Program-made: the position numbers and the translations under genes
The notes under the pieces: generated by a model
What the model saw: only the letters and a program-made list of their open reading frames with translations
Told to the model about the DNA's origin: nothing
Databases searched by the model: none
In this document: piece after piece, positions 38,355 to 47,560 of the stretch
How positions within the stretch are numbered: the first letter of the stretch is position 1
How the letters are laid out: each line of letters opens with the position of its first letter
DNA from: an uncultured Nitrosomonas sp.
Lineage (GTDB): Bacteria; Pseudomonadota; Gammaproteobacteria; Burkholderiales; Nitrosomonadaceae
Direction: 5' to 3'
NCBI RefSeq assembly: GCF_902826915.1
Contig: NZ_CADEGP010000001.1
Span: forward strand, 2,775 to 66,774
DNA: 64,000 nt

Positions 38355-39449
38355 ATGTTAGTTGCATTTCTGATTATAACTGTAACATTTGCCATTCTGA
38401 CAATGTTGCCACTCAGCCGCCATGAGGCATGGTGGATACGCGGACTTGATTTTCCACGACTACAGCTTTTTATGGCATTGCTGTTTACACTTGCCTTGGA
38501 ATTGCTGCTACTCGACTTATCATCGAAGCAAACATGGGGATTCGTGGCGGTTGCATTGGCTTGCTTAGTCTATCAAGCATGGTGGATTGTGCCCTATACG
38601 CGGGTTTTCCCACGAGAAGTAAAGGCTGCAAATAACTCTGATAGCAGAGGCCGAATCAAAATTATTACCGCCAATGTCTTGATGACAAATCGAGAGGCAA
38701 AGGCATTCATTGCGCTGGTTCGCGAATTTCAACCGGATATTCTGGTAACTCTAGAATCAGACCTGTGGTGGCAATCGCAGCTGGATATTCTGGAAACTGA
38801 TTACCCTTATACGATCAAATGTCCGCTGGACAATCTTTATGGTATGCATGTCTATTCCAGATTTCCAATGATGAATAACCAGATCGAGTATCTGGTGGAG
38901 ATGGACAAGCCATCAATGCACGCGCTTGTTCTCTTGCCATCCGGACACAAAGTTCGGGTTCATTTTTTACACCCGGCACCGCCCAGCCCAACTGAGAATG
39001 CTGAATCTTCGGAGCGTGACGCAGAGCTTTTGATTATTGCTAAAAGTGTAGCTGAAACGAATGTGCCGGTTATTGTGACTGGGGATTTGAATGACGTAGC
39101 TTGGTCTGAAACGACACGGTTATTCAGGAAAATAAGCGGATTGCTTGATCCAAGAGTGGGGCGCGGTATGTTTAATACTTTTCATGCAGATTACTGGTTT
39201 TTGCGTTGGCCGCTAGATCATCTGTTTCACAGCAAACACTTTACGCTCCAAAGTATAAAAAGACTCAGAAGCTTTGGTTCGGATCATTATGCACTTTTTA
39301 CTGAGCTCGTACTTACAGCTGACACCAATAGTGAACATAATGGACTGGACGCAGATGCTGATGATTTGGCCTGGGCTAAACGCAAAACAGAGGATCAGAA
39401 TGTCGATAAGAGCGCTGTTCCCCAACCTGAAAAACATTCAGTGGCCTAA
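38355..39449 (+). CDS. Membrane-anchored endonuclease/exonuclease/phosphatase (EEP) family protein
   Basis: 364 aa with three N-terminal hydrophobic helices followed by an EEP domain (TANVLMTN, LESD, GDLND, GSDHYAL). Confidence 0.75.
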   Translation: MLVAFLIITVTFAILTMLPLSRHEAWWIRGLDFPRLQLFMALLFTLALELLLLDLSSKQTWGFVAVALACLVYQAWWIVPYTRVFPREVKAANNSDSRGRIKIITANVLMTNREAKAFIALVREFQPDILVTLESDLWWQSQLDILETDYPYTIKCPLDNLYGMHVYSRFPMMNNQIEYLVEMDKPSMHALVLLPSGHKVRVHFLHPAPPSPTENAESSERDAELLIIAKSVAETNVPVIVTGDLNDVAWSETTRLFRKISGLLDPRVGRGMFNTFHADYWFLRWPLDHLFHSKHFTLQSIKRLRSFGSDHYALFTELVLTADTNSEHNGLDADADDLAWAKRKTEDQNVDKSAVPQPEKHSVA

Positions 39450-39914
39450 TCATTGAATGTTGCTAACATTTATACAAACGGTAAGTGCTTAGATGCTTTT
39501 TCTTACACAACTTCTTTCAACTAAGTTAGGATGTCGTAATCCTTAGTCCGGCGTACCTTCCCGGTCACGAATGGACCATGGTTGCAGTTTTTGTAGCTGT
39601 CTTTCTTATTTACTGTGCTGTCGGCAGATTGCGAAACCGGAAATGAAGATTCTTATCAACGCAGGTTTAGCTGAACATGACCATTCGTAATTATATCTAA
39701 CAGCGTATCTTTGGCTAAACTGGTATCAGCATTGTTGGATGAATAAAATCTGATGTTTTTTGGCTCCGATCAAGAAACGTTGGCTGGAGATTGAGAATAA
39801 TTTGCGATTGTAAGGCAGGAAAGATTCACGCTCATGTTTTGCATTGCTCTTCTGGAAAGCCGAGTGCTGGATAAAATTACAGAATGTCAGATGGTTATGG
39901 ACTAGTGTCCCGAA

Positions 39915-39931
39915 ATACCTAAATTAGGTAT
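39915..39931. promoter_or_regulatory. Perfect 17-bp palindrome ATACCTAAATTAGGTAT overlapping a TATACT -10-like hexamer upstream of smbP (candidate operator)
   Basis: Read directly, 126 nt upstream of the smbP ATG. TATACT begins at the last base of the palindrome. Confidence 0.35.
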
Positions 39932-40056
39932 ATACTAAAAGGGCATTGGTGGTTTTAGTAGATATTTGAGAGTTATTTTGAAGCCAATCCAGTCGCTGAG
40001 ATTTCTCAGAAATATTCGTGCTAGTAACGTATTGTCATAAAAAAGGAGAAATGATT

Positions 40057-40401
40057 ATGAAATCTATATCAACTGCAATCGTAGCAGGAACATTCGCACT
40101 TTTCATTGGTACCCAGGCTTGGGCATCCGATGCCGGACATACCTCGGAAGCCATGGAGCATGCAGGAAAAGCTCAGGCCCATGGTGAAATGGGGCATGCT
40201 AAAGAATCACTTTCGCATGCGAAGGAAAGTTTAGCGCATGCAAAAGAAGCTGGTAAGGAGCATGCTGAAGCCCATAAGCATATGGATGAAGCGATCAAGC
40301 ATCTTGAGGAAGCAATTAAGCATGCTGAAATGGGACATGGCGAGGAGTCTGCTAAACATGCTGAAGAAGCTATGAAACATATGCGTCAATCCGGTCATTA
40401 A
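40057..40401 (+). CDS. smbP: Small metal-binding protein SmbP-like (histidine-rich, repeated helical motif)
   Basis: The signal peptide ends AWA/SDAGH. The mature ~90 aa are built of H/E/A/K-rich repeats (AKESLSHAKESLAHAKEAGKEHAEAHKHMDEAIKHLEEAIKHAE). It resembles Nitrosomonas europaea SmbP as I recall it. AGGAGA RBS, with the start at 40057. Confidence 0.8.
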   Translation: MKSISTAIVAGTFALFIGTQAWASDAGHTSEAMEHAGKAQAHGEMGHAKESLSHAKESLAHAKEAGKEHAEAHKHMDEAIKHLEEAIKHAEMGHGEESAKHAEEAMKHMRQSGH

Positions 40402-40414
40402 TGAGTTAAAGTCA

Positions 40415-40446
40415 TTTCCCCTCGAATTATCGAGGGGAAAAATTTT
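40415..40446. terminator. Hairpin between convergent smbP and hemH (10-bp stem TTTCCCCTCG / CGAGGGGAAA)
   Basis: Perfect stem with a 6-nt loop, followed by AATTTTG. It is positioned to serve both convergent genes. Confidence 0.5.
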
Positions 40447-40451
40447 GTTGA

Positions 40452-41537
40452 TTAGTTTTTTGCTCCCATTTCCAAAGCTAGTTTTCTTGATAACTGAGCC
40501 GCTACTTCGGAAACATCACTATCCAGCCACCCTTGCAAATGGGTACAAGTAATATCCGACAATGCTTGAATCCAGTCGTTTCGCTCATTCAGACAAGGAA
40601 TGTAATGAAATTCCTTGCCACCTGCTTGAATAAACGTGTTTTTTGCTTCAATCGCAATTTCTTCGAGTGTTTCTAGGCAGTCAGATACAAATCCAGGGCA
40701 TATTACATCAACCCGTTGTGTTCGTGCTTTTCCCAATTGCTCCAGGGTGACTGCGGTGTAAGGAGTTAGCCATTTAGCTTTACCAAAGCGCGATTGGAAG
40801 CAAACAATATATTGGCTTGCGTCCAAAGCCAATGCTTCAGCCAATAATCGTCCAGTTTTTTGGCACGCGCAATGATAGGGATCTCCCTTGTCCAGGCTTG
40901 AGCGTGGCGTGCCGTGGAAGCTGATGATTAATTTATCAGGTCGTCCATGTGTGCTCCAGTAATCGCGCACATTGTGTGTCAGTGCTGCGATATAAGCCGG
41001 TTCATCGTGGTACTGCTTGACGGTGCGTATAGCCGGTTGATTCCGCATTCGGTTTAATACTGTGAAGACATTGTCCATCGCCGCTGCAGTGCTGCTGGCG
41101 GCATACTGGGGAAAGAGTGGAATAACAAGAATGCGTTCGCAACCCTGCTCTTGCATGTTGTGCAGAATAGCAGCTACTGAGGGTTTGCCTATATTCATTG
41201 CGTATTCGACCATAGGCGGGTTTTTTAACCGAATCTGCAATGCTTCTCGTAGCAGTTTCGTTTGTCGTTCAGTGTGAATTTTAAGTGGCGAGCCTTCGGG
41301 CATCCAGATTTTTGCGTATTTCTCTGCTGATGCTTTAGGTCTGAAAGGTAGTATGAAGCCATGCAGAATTGGCCACCAAATCACCCGAGGTACTTCAATG
41401 ACGCGAGGGTTGCTTAGAAATTCCTTGAGATAAGGACGTAGCGCCTGAGCTGTTGGCGCGTCAGGTGTTCCTAAATTAATTAACAGTACGCCAGTTCGAT
41501 TACGCGAGCCATGTTGATAGAGAGATTTTGAGGTCAT
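40452..41537 (-). CDS. hemH: Ferrochelatase
   Basis: 361 aa with family-typical motifs ([20 protein letters not shown]). Confidence 0.9.
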   Translation of the reverse strand: MTSKSLYQHGSRNRTGVLLINLGTPDAPTAQALRPYLKEFLSNPRVIEVPRVIWWPILHGFILPFRPKASAEKYAKIWMPEGSPLKIHTERQTKLLREALQIRLKNPPMVEYAMNIGKPSVAAILHNMQEQGCERILVIPLFPQYAASSTAAAMDNVFTVLNRMRNQPAIRTVKQYHDEPAYIAALTHNVRDYWSTHGRPDKLIISFHGTPRSSLDKGDPYHCACQKTGRLLAEALALDASQYIVCFQSRFGKAKWLTPYTAVTLEQLGKARTQRVDVICPGFVSDCLETLEEIAIEAKNTFIQAGGKEFHYIPCLNERNDWIQALSDITCTHLQGWLDSDVSEVAAQLSRKLALEMGAKN

Positions 41538-41668
41538 GAATTCTAAAGTTTGCCTTCATTTGAGAAAATAAATTAACGGTTTAACCAGATTTGCTAACTG
41601 GTAAAAAGTACGCAATTGCATAATGTGTGATTGCTATTGATGACAGTAAAAAGTTTGCTTAGTATAGT

Positions 41669-42688
41669 TCAATGCTGCGATAGACTATTGGAAAGCAGTT
41701 TTGCAGTAATTTCGACAATTGGGATAATGCGTTCATAAGCCATACGCCTGGGGCCGATTACGCCGACAGTGCCGACAATTGCGCCCTCCATTTCATAGGG
41801 TGCGGTCACCACGCTGAATTCTTGCAGCGATTCGACATCGGATTCGCCACCAATAAAGATTTTGACACCATGTGCTTGTCGACTTAATTCGAGTAATTGC
41901 AATAACTTGGTTTTGCGCTCAAATAACTCAAATAAATTTTTCAAGCTATTCAGATTATCTGATATGTCATTTATTTTTAATAAATTATGCTCCCCGGCTA
42001 GAACCACGACCTCGCTGCTTTCATTGACTGCATCGCCACCTACTTCAATCGCTGCACTCATGAGACTAATCATTTCACTGCGCAATTGTTTTAATTCGTC
42101 ATCCAGGCGGCTGCGAATCTGGTCCAATGTACAGCCTGCATAGTGCTGATTGATGAAATTTCCGGCTTCGATCAGATCGGATTGACTGTAAGGGGTATTG
42201 GTAAAGAGAATCCGGTTTTGCACATCGCCTTCGGGTGTCACGATTATTAGCAAAATACGTTTCTCGGATAATGCCATAAACTCCACATAACGAAATACTG
42301 CGCCTTTTCGTTTGGGTGTGATTACGACACCGGCAAAACGAGTTAATTCTGACAACAATTGTGAAGCTGCACTGATCAAGCGTGATGGATTGTCAGGATG
42401 AAGTTGATTTTCCAGGTGATTCAATTCCATTTTATCGAGTTTTTCTACTACCAACAGCGTATCGACAAAAAGACGATATCCCTTGGGAGTTGGAATTCTT
42501 CCTGCTGAAGTATGCGGGCTGGCAACCAGCCCCATCTCTTCTAGATCTGCCATTACATTACGAATAGTCGCTGGGCTGAGATCAAGTCCGGAAAACTTTG
42601 ACAGTGAACGCGAGCCAACTGGTTGGCCTTCGTGGATATATCGTTCTACCAGCGTTTTCAATAATATCTGTGCACGTTCATTTAACAT
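41669..42688 (-). CDS. hrcA: Heat-inducible transcription repressor HrcA
   Basis: 339 aa. The N-terminal winged helix (ERAQILLKTLVERYIHEGQPVGSRSL) is typical of HrcA. Confidence 0.9.
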   Translation of the reverse strand: MLNERAQILLKTLVERYIHEGQPVGSRSLSKFSGLDLSPATIRNVMADLEEMGLVASPHTSAGRIPTPKGYRLFVDTLLVVEKLDKMELNHLENQLHPDNPSRLISAASQLLSELTRFAGVVITPKRKGAVFRYVEFMALSEKRILLIIVTPEGDVQNRILFTNTPYSQSDLIEAGNFINQHYAGCTLDQIRSRLDDELKQLRSEMISLMSAAIEVGGDAVNESSEVVVLAGEHNLLKINDISDNLNSLKNLFELFERKTKLLQLLELSRQAHGVKIFIGGESDVESLQEFSVVTAPYEMEGAIVGTVGVIGPRRMAYERIIPIVEITAKLLSNSLSQH

Positions 42689-42981
42689 GGTGTAATTCTA
42701 CACGAATCAGTAGGATTCATAGTTTGGTTGTAAGAGTAATTTGTCGAATCTCATCTATGCTAAACTTCGTCGATAATGTTATTGCCCTAATGGTTTGACG
42801 CTTGCATGAGTAGTATAGGTATTTTGGGAGCGATTGGTATTGTGGATTAGCTATGTCCAATTTGGCCATTTTCAACTTTGCTAAATTTGTTTTGAGACTA
42901 ACCTGTTTAATTTTAGAGATAACTTTAGTATTTAATTTAATTCTGCCGCGATACTATAAAAATAGGCTATTTTCCTAAGTT

Positions 42982-43854
42982 ATGAACGCTTCATTTTCAA
43001 CCATTGCACTGATCGGTAAGCATAAAAATCCTGAAATTGGGATGCCGCTACTGAAATTGGCCGAATATTTAACAGCGAAGAATTATACCGTTCTGCTTGA
43101 TCACCTTACGGCATCACAGATTGATAGTGATAAATATCCAGCATTGACTTTGGAGGATATCGGCGCGCAGGCCGACTTGGCGGTAGTTATGGGGGGGGAT
43201 GGCACCATGCTGAATATTGCACGGATGCTAGTCTCTTATGATGTGCCCTTAATCGGGATTAATCAGGGAAGACTGGGCTTTCTCACCGATTTATCGGTAG
43301 ATACAATGTTTGAATGCCTTGATGAAATACTGGCTGAGAAATATATTACCGAGCGACGCATGTTGTTATATGCTGAAATTATTCGTAATGGTGTCAGTGT
43401 CTTCGGCAGTTTGGCATTTAATGATGTGGTGCTCTATCGCGGCATGAGCAGTGGCATGATTGAATTTGAAGTCAGAGTCAACAGCGAATATGTGAATACA
43501 CTACGCTCTGATGGATTGATTGTAACTACACCGACCGGATCTACTGCTTATGCTCTGTCCTCCGGTGGTCCGATTTTGCATCCTGGTCTGGATCTGATAG
43601 CACTGGTGCCTGTCTGTCCACATACCCTCAGCAATCGTCCGATCGTGATCGGACCGGAATCTGTTGTTGAAATTCAGATGCAAAGTTGCGCGAACGTGCG
43701 CATCAATTGTGATAGTCATTCCTGCTTTGATTTGGAACTTACGGATAACATTATCGTGCGGCGTTTTCCCAAGACAGTACGATTGTTGCATTCGGATAAT
43801 CACAGTTACTATCGTATGCTCAGGGAGAAGCTGGGTTGGAGTGAGTTTCCCTGA
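42982..43854 (+). CDS. nadK: NAD kinase
   Basis: 290 aa with GGDGT and the NAD-kinase C-terminal motif (TPTGSTAYALSSGGPI). Confidence 0.9.
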   Translation: MNASFSTIALIGKHKNPEIGMPLLKLAEYLTAKNYTVLLDHLTASQIDSDKYPALTLEDIGAQADLAVVMGGDGTMLNIARMLVSYDVPLIGINQGRLGFLTDLSVDTMFECLDEILAEKYITERRMLLYAEIIRNGVSVFGSLAFNDVVLYRGMSSGMIEFEVRVNSEYVNTLRSDGLIVTTPTGSTAYALSSGGPILHPGLDLIALVPVCPHTLSNRPIVIGPESVVEIQMQSCANVRINCDSHSCFDLELTDNIIVRRFPKTVRLLHSDNHSYYRMLREKLGWSEFP

Positions 43855-43876
43855 TGTATGTACTGAATGCACGTCT

Positions 43877-45556
43877 ATGCTAAGGCATTTGAGTATTAAA
43901 GATTTCGTTATCGTTGACGGGATTGAGCTTGATTTTATGCCCGGCTTTATAGTGCTGACTGGAGAAACGGGAGCAGGAAAATCAATTTTGATTGACGCAT
44001 TGGCACTGGCCTTGGGGGAGCGCGGTGATGCCAGCCAGATAAGGTTGGGTTGCGAGCGCGCTGAAATCAACGTGCTATTTGAGATTAATCATTTGCCGGA
44101 GTTATTGCACTGGTTGAACGACAATGATTTGCAGGGTGATTCCGATACTTGCCTGATGCGTCGCATTATTGAAACCAATGGCCGGTCGCGCAGTTATATC
44201 AACGGGCATGCGGTTACACTCCAGCAATTACGTGTTGCCGGAGAGTATCTGGTGGCCATACACAGTCAGCATGCGCATCAATCCTTATTGCAGAAAGATG
44301 TGCAACGCGAATTGCTTGATGCTTTTGCAGGAAGTAGCGACTTGACACGAGCGGTTAAGGTGGCTTATCAACACTGGCAAGATTGTTATCAGCAAAGAGT
44401 AGCTATGAAACAACGTGCTACGGAATCATACGGCAAGCGCGAGCAACTCGAGTGGCAGTTGCAAGAATTAGCGACGTTAAATTTTACACCGGAAGAATGG
44501 CAAGTCCTACAAACCGATCATAGCCGGTTATCACATGTGGCAGCTTTGCTTGCTGCTGCGGAGACGAGCATTGATGCTTTATCTGAAAGTGAATTTTCCG
44601 TACTGACACAAATTAATGCTGCAAAAAGTGAATTGCAGGATCTATTGGAATTTGATCATCAACTCAAACCCATTACCGATTTGCTTGATTCCGCACAAAT
44701 CCAATTGCAGGAGGGAATATACGAGTTGAAACATTATCGCCAGAATCTGGATCTGGATCCCCAGTTGTTACAGCAGATCGAACAACGAATGTCAGAGATT
44801 CATACGACGGCAAGGAAATTTCGTGTCACACCGGAAGGATTACCGCAATTGCTTGAGACAATCACTCAGGAACTGGAATCCCTGAATTCAGATTCGGACA
44901 TTGACCATTTGCAAACACTCGAAGCTGCGGCGTTGACTGATTATCTCAAGCAAGCTAAGGCATTGAGTCATAATCGAAAAAAAGCCAGCGAAGATTTGTC
45001 AGTGCAGGTGACTGCGGCAATGCAAACGATTGCGATGGTTGGTGGTGAGTTTTCAGTGTCATTGATTGCATTGGAAACAGGCAATGCGCATGGTTTGGAG
45101 CAGATTGAATTTCAGGTGGCCGCACATCAAAGCCTGCCGTTGCGGCCTTTAGCCAAAGTAGCTTCGGGCGGTGAATTGTCACGCATCAGTTTGGCGATTC
45201 AAGTGATTACCAGTAAAGTGGGGGTTGTGCCCACACTCATTTTTGATGAAGTTGATGTCGGAATAGGTGGGCAAGTTGCAGAGATAGTTGGTCTCTTATT
45301 GAAGAAACTTGGAAAAGATCGGCAAGTTCTGTGCATTACACATTTACCGCAGGTTGCTGCGACCGGTGATCAACATTTGCACGTAATGAAGTGTATCAAT
45401 AAACAAGCGAAGAATACGCAGGTGGTAAGTCACATTACGTTTCTGGATTCGCGGGAACGCATTGAAGAAATTGCCCGTATGCTGGGTGGTGTCAATATCA
45501 CGGAAACCACGCGGCAGCATGCGGCGGAAATGTTGCAAAGTGGTAGTGGTAATTAG
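43877..45556 (+). CDS. recN: DNA repair protein RecN
   Basis: Starts at MLRHLSIKDF. It has a Walker A motif (GETGAGKS), a long coiled coil and a C-terminal SMC-like signature (GGELSR, FDEVDVGIGG). The ORF-track extension to 43664 overlaps nadK and is rejected. Confidence 0.9.
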   Translation: MLRHLSIKDFVIVDGIELDFMPGFIVLTGETGAGKSILIDALALALGERGDASQIRLGCERAEINVLFEINHLPELLHWLNDNDLQGDSDTCLMRRIIETNGRSRSYINGHAVTLQQLRVAGEYLVAIHSQHAHQSLLQKDVQRELLDAFAGSSDLTRAVKVAYQHWQDCYQQRVAMKQRATESYGKREQLEWQLQELATLNFTPEEWQVLQTDHSRLSHVAALLAAAETSIDALSESEFSVLTQINAAKSELQDLLEFDHQLKPITDLLDSAQIQLQEGIYELKHYRQNLDLDPQLLQQIEQRMSEIHTTARKFRVTPEGLPQLLETITQELESLNSDSDIDHLQTLEAAALTDYLKQAKALSHNRKKASEDLSVQVTAAMQTIAMVGGEFSVSLIALETGNAHGLEQIEFQVAAHQSLPLRPLAKVASGGELSRISLAIQVITSKVGVVPTLIFDEVDVGIGGQVAEIVGLLLKKLGKDRQVLCITHLPQVAATGDQHLHVMKCINKQAKNTQVVSHITFLDSRERIEEIARMLGGVNITETTRQHAAEMLQSGSGN

Positions 45557-45597
45557 CTGTTTTATCTGCTCAAAAAGACGATCAGGTAAGAAGTAAC

Positions 45598-45843
45598 TCA
45601 GTGACGATTTAATGCTGCTTCCAACATCATTAAAGCAATGCTCTGCTGCATGGCGATTTGTTTGGGGTCTTTTTCTTTGAGTGCACCGTTCTGGATCTGT
45701 TCTCTGGTTATGTCGTAGTAAATTTTCTTTCCGTTTCGCGAAAGTAGTACCTTGTGTCGAATCCCGCAATCAGTCAATAATTTCAATGCATGGTTGCGGC
45801 TGACGCCTCCGAGCGCTTCCGATATTTCTTTTAGGCTAAGCAT
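45598..45843 (-). CDS. Small hypothetical protein with a possible N-terminal helix-turn-helix
   Basis: 81 aa. LSLKEISEALGGVSRNHALKLL looks like an HTH. No other support. Confidence 0.4.
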   Translation of the reverse strand: MLSLKEISEALGGVSRNHALKLLTDCGIRHKVLLSRNGKKIYYDITREQIQNGALKEKDPKQIAMQQSIALMMLEAALNRH

Positions 45844-46003
45844 GGTTTATTTTCCATTCTCATAGATTGATTTGGCCTTCCTCAGACACAGAATTATTGA
45901 CACTACCGATAACTCAAAGGATTTCTGGTTAACAATGGTTAAAAATTCTGATCTCCAGTTCTTTTATGGTTTTTTCCGTTCTGACAATGTGAATGACATG
46001 TGT

Positions 46004-47551
46004 TTACCGGATAAAGTGATGGGTGCCGATTGAATCAACAATCATCCGTCGATAGTGCTCTGATTTACGGATTTGTAACAGTTCGAGATTGCTTAGGTTG
46101 TCGGTCAGGATTGTTCCATGCGCTGGGTCAATAGTTAATAATCTCTGATTTAACCAGGTGCGGTTGGAGAAAGGTATTGAATCATCGCCCAAATTGATGA
46201 CATGATTTGTGGCGAGAAAAATGAAATCATTAAAATCTGCACCCGGATCGGAAATGAATACGTGTTGATGCGGGAAGACTTGCGCCAATGTTTTCGAAAC
46301 AGAGGCCAGCGCCGCATTTTGACCATTATCCAGGAAAGAAACAAAATTCAGAGCAAGAATTCCGTGCCTTGAAAGCAAGCCGTGCAATTGCGCTAATGCT
46401 TCAACGGTCAATAAATGGGTTGGTTCGGTGCCGCCAGTGAATACATCCAGAATGATTAAATCATAAGGGCCTTTGAGCTGACGAATCTCATAACGCGCAT
46501 CGCCGATGATTCTACGACCTGTTGGCATAAAGCCGAAATATTCGTTGGCCGCTTCGGCAACGGCAGGGTCAATTTCCAGCGTGTCCGTTACAATTCCTGC
46601 CTTATTCAAAGTCATAACCATATGTCCGGCGCCCTGGCCAATTAATAAGGCTTTCTCCATATTCGGTACGAGAAAAGGGATTTGCCCCACGATTTTCTGG
46701 TAGGTGAGGAGATTTTCTCCATGGCTGATACTGGCTGCGCCAATGGTGGAAGCGTCTGAAGTGAGCAAACGAATATTTTCCTTGGGCTTGTCAATTACGC
46801 GAACCCAACCGTATAAGCTTTCTCGTTCGAATCGGGTTTGGAAGGTATCACTGAATTCTGCTTGCCCTGAGCTGACGATTTGTGGAAACAAGCCAAATCC
46901 AATCACCAATAATAGGGTTGCCGGTACGATGACCGTTGTGGATTTTAGATATTTTCGTTCTATCCATGCCACTGCCATCGCTAATACCAATAGTGCAATC
47001 CCCAGGCCCACAAAAATTTCACGAGAGCCGATCAAAGGAAATAAATAAAAACCGAGAAATAGCGTGCCGATGACGCTGCCGACGGTACTGACCGCATAAA
47101 TAGAGCCCGTGCTGGCGCCCACATTAGCCAGTGCGGAAGTGGATAATTTAACTGCAAAAGGCCCAACCATGCCCAGCATAATCAAGCTGGGCGAGAATAG
47201 GATCAGTGTGCTGATGAAGCTACCCAGACGCAAACCCAGCGGATCTGTGGCCAGTAAAACCGGCCCTGCCAGCCAGGGAATGATGAGTGTTAATAGTCCT
47301 GCCGTTGCGATAATGAGAGATAATCCAGATCGTGCCCGGTCGGCCCAGATTCCGCCCAGATAATAGCCAAGCGCCAGTGCGATCAGTGTGACAGCAATCA
47401 GTGAAGTCCAGACATACAGGCTGGCGCCATAGAAAGGCGCGATCAGCCGTGTGCCCAGCAACTCAATAACCATAACCGCTGCACCGGTGAGAAATACGGT
47501 GCAGTAAAGCCAGGCTTTGTCAAAAATAGTTGAAGATGAAGGAGTGTTCAT
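46004..47551 (-). CDS. Fused polytopic membrane domain plus spermidine/spermine synthase-like methyltransferase-fold domain
   Basis: 515 aa. The N-terminal ~200 aa are multi-TM. The C-terminal part has aminopropyltransferase-like motifs (LLIGQGAGH, LEIDPAV, DLIILDVFTGG). Confidence 0.7.
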   Translation of the reverse strand: MNTPSSSTIFDKAWLYCTVFLTGAAVMVIELLGTRLIAPFYGASLYVWTSLIAVTLIALALGYYLGGIWADRARSGLSLIIATAGLLTLIIPWLAGPVLLATDPLGLRLGSFISTLILFSPSLIMLGMVGPFAVKLSTSALANVGASTGSIYAVSTVGSVIGTLFLGFYLFPLIGSREIFVGLGIALLVLAMAVAWIERKYLKSTTVIVPATLLLVIGFGLFPQIVSSGQAEFSDTFQTRFERESLYGWVRVIDKPKENIRLLTSDASTIGAASISHGENLLTYQKIVGQIPFLVPNMEKALLIGQGAGHMVMTLNKAGIVTDTLEIDPAVAEAANEYFGFMPTGRRIIGDARYEIRQLKGPYDLIILDVFTGGTEPTHLLTVEALAQLHGLLSRHGILALNFVSFLDNGQNAALASVSKTLAQVFPHQHVFISDPGADFNDFIFLATNHVINLGDDSIPFSNRTWLNQRLLTIDPAHGTILTDNLSNLELLQIRKSEHYRRMIVDSIGTHHFIR

Positions 47552-47560
47552 GGATACCTT

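Noticed and set aside
42689-42981. Looked for a CIRCE element (TTAGCACTC-N9-GAGTGCTAA) upstream of hrcA.
   Set aside because: No match by eye in this intergenic region or elsewhere in the window. CIRCE is expected upstream of groESL/dnaK, which are not in the window.
43664-43876. The ORF-track start of recN at 43664, overlapping the last 190 nt of nadK.
   Set aside because: The extension has no RecN similarity. The canonical RecN N-terminus MLRHLSIKDF begins at the ATG at 43877, just after the nadK stop.
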